From: Candidatus Caldarchaeum sp.
Lineage (GTDB): Archaea > Thermoproteota > Nitrososphaeria_A > Caldarchaeales > Caldarchaeaceae
NCBI GenBank assembly: GCA_038844785.1
Contig: JAWBRA010000016.1
Location: forward strand, 1 to 37,068
Length of the DNA: 37,068 bases
Direction: 5' to 3'
The notes beneath the pieces are model-generated. The model did no database searches and was not told the origin of the DNA. It saw only the letters and a list, made by a program, of their open reading frames with translations. Positions 35,934 through 37,068 of this stretch are shown here, one piece after another (the first letter of the stretch is position 1; every line of letters begins with the position of its first letter). Position numbers and translations under genes: made by a program.

Positions 35934-37068
35934 CTTTCAACCCCCTCTTGCGGGATCTACTTGAAAGCTTGGTGTCTGTGGCGGGCTATGTCATACCTTT
36001 CAATTCCCTCTTGCGGGATCACTTATAGGTCGCGGCGAAATCAACCGCTTACTCGGTAAATCCTTTCAATTCCCTCTTGCGGGATCACCGCAGAATTTCA
36101 AGAATCTCGAGGTCTCTAAAAGGTTTGCCGCTTTCAATTCCCTCTTGCGGGATCACTGCTCCGGGAGGGTGCTGTAAACAGGCTCCAAATCACCCAGCCT
36201 TTCAATTCCCTCTTGCGGGATCACGGGCTTTCGCGTGGTTGAACGCCGCCCAGAGGGCTGTTGTGATGACTTTCAATTCCCTCTTGCGGGATCACTACTA
36301 TGTAGCCTGCGCCCTGCTCGACAAACCAATCGAGAAAACTTTCAATTCCCTCTTGCGGGATCACAGCAAGTCGTCGAGCAGGCCGAGAACGAGGTTGACC
36401 TTGCGGCCTTTCAATTCCCTCTTGCGGGATCACGACTGCCTTGGCTGAGGGCCCTGCCGTCCGGTCGGATAAAACTTTCAATTCCCTCTTGCGGGATCAC
36501 TGAAACAAGCATTGTATATAAATGTTTCTGGTTCCGGCCAAAATCTTTCAATTCCCTCTTGCGGGATCACTTTCCACTTCTTCGATGGAGGGCGCGAGTT
36601 GGAGAAGCTGCTTTCAATTCCCTCTTGCGGGATCACTTTTTGGCGCGTCGGGAAGCGGAAAAGGCAGATGAGGATACTTTCAATTCCCTCTTGCGGGATC
36701 ACTTGGAAAGAAACAAAACATCGACTCGCGGCTTTTTTGGCGACTTTCAATTCCCTCTTGCGGGATCACTTGGGTGGCTCCGGCTTAGATACCGCGAAAT
36801 CTTAAGACGCTACTTTCAATTCCCTCTTGCGGGATCACGATTCCACTGACTGACAGCTATGAAGTTGTAATTTGGAATTCTTTCAATTCCCTCTTGCGGG
36901 ATCACTTTTCGAGGTTACGTGGAAAGATGGCGTCAAGGCAGGTATTCCTTTCAATTCCCTCTTGCGGGATCACTGGAAGATGAGCAGGATGTCGTGACCG
37001 CCGCTCTCGTGTCTGCGCTTTCAATTCCCTCTTGCGGGATCACGCATAGAGAATCCTCGCAAGAGCCA
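35934..37068 (-). CRISPR. CRISPR array: 17 repeats (26 bp), 16 complete spacers of about 36-45 bp; continues beyond the window
   Basis: Repeat CTTTCAATTCCCTCTTGCGGGATCAC (minus strand GTGATCCCGCAAGAGGGAATTGAAAG) starts at 35934 (degenerate), 35997, 36063, 36131, 36199, 36270, 36339, 36408, 36475, 36545, 36611, 36677, 36744, 36813, 36880, 36948 and 37018. Confidence 0.99.

Noticed and set aside
35810-36849. ORFs overlapping the CRISPR array
   Set aside because: They are translations of repeats and spacers (recurring FQFPLAGS / FNSLLRDH)
35961-37068. Self-targeting spacers
   Set aside because: No convincing match within the window by eye; an alignment is needed to be sure

Overview
Archaeal chromosomal window, most consistent with an Aigarchaeota/Caldarchaeales-like thermophile (inferred from the eukaryote-like type IB topoisomerase, Top6B, a tRNA with a D-loop intron, Nre/PINA and Csa1). 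From left to right: an IS6-family end; a BirA-like gene, deoD and pyrD; a Thr-rich membrane protein; prpD-prpC; trpS; two orphan ORFs and two decayed IS6-family elements; TopIB; a DsrE2-TusA-SQR-ArsR sulfur operon; a CBS protein; gnd; top6B; a Rieske fusion; a PadR-ABC exporter; tRNA-Leu(GAG) with an intron; an MNT-HEPN pair; merA divergent from an OsmC-like + MetE-like pair; a doubly frameshifted EVE-nuclease fusion; cupin and ferritin-like genes; PINA-Nre; an acylphosphatase fused to a Phe-rich coiled coil; a 1201-aa GH99-like surface protein; and csa1/cas4 abutting the trailer end of a CRISPR array (17 repeats) that runs off the right edge. All calls come from motif recognition by eye; no database searches were run.
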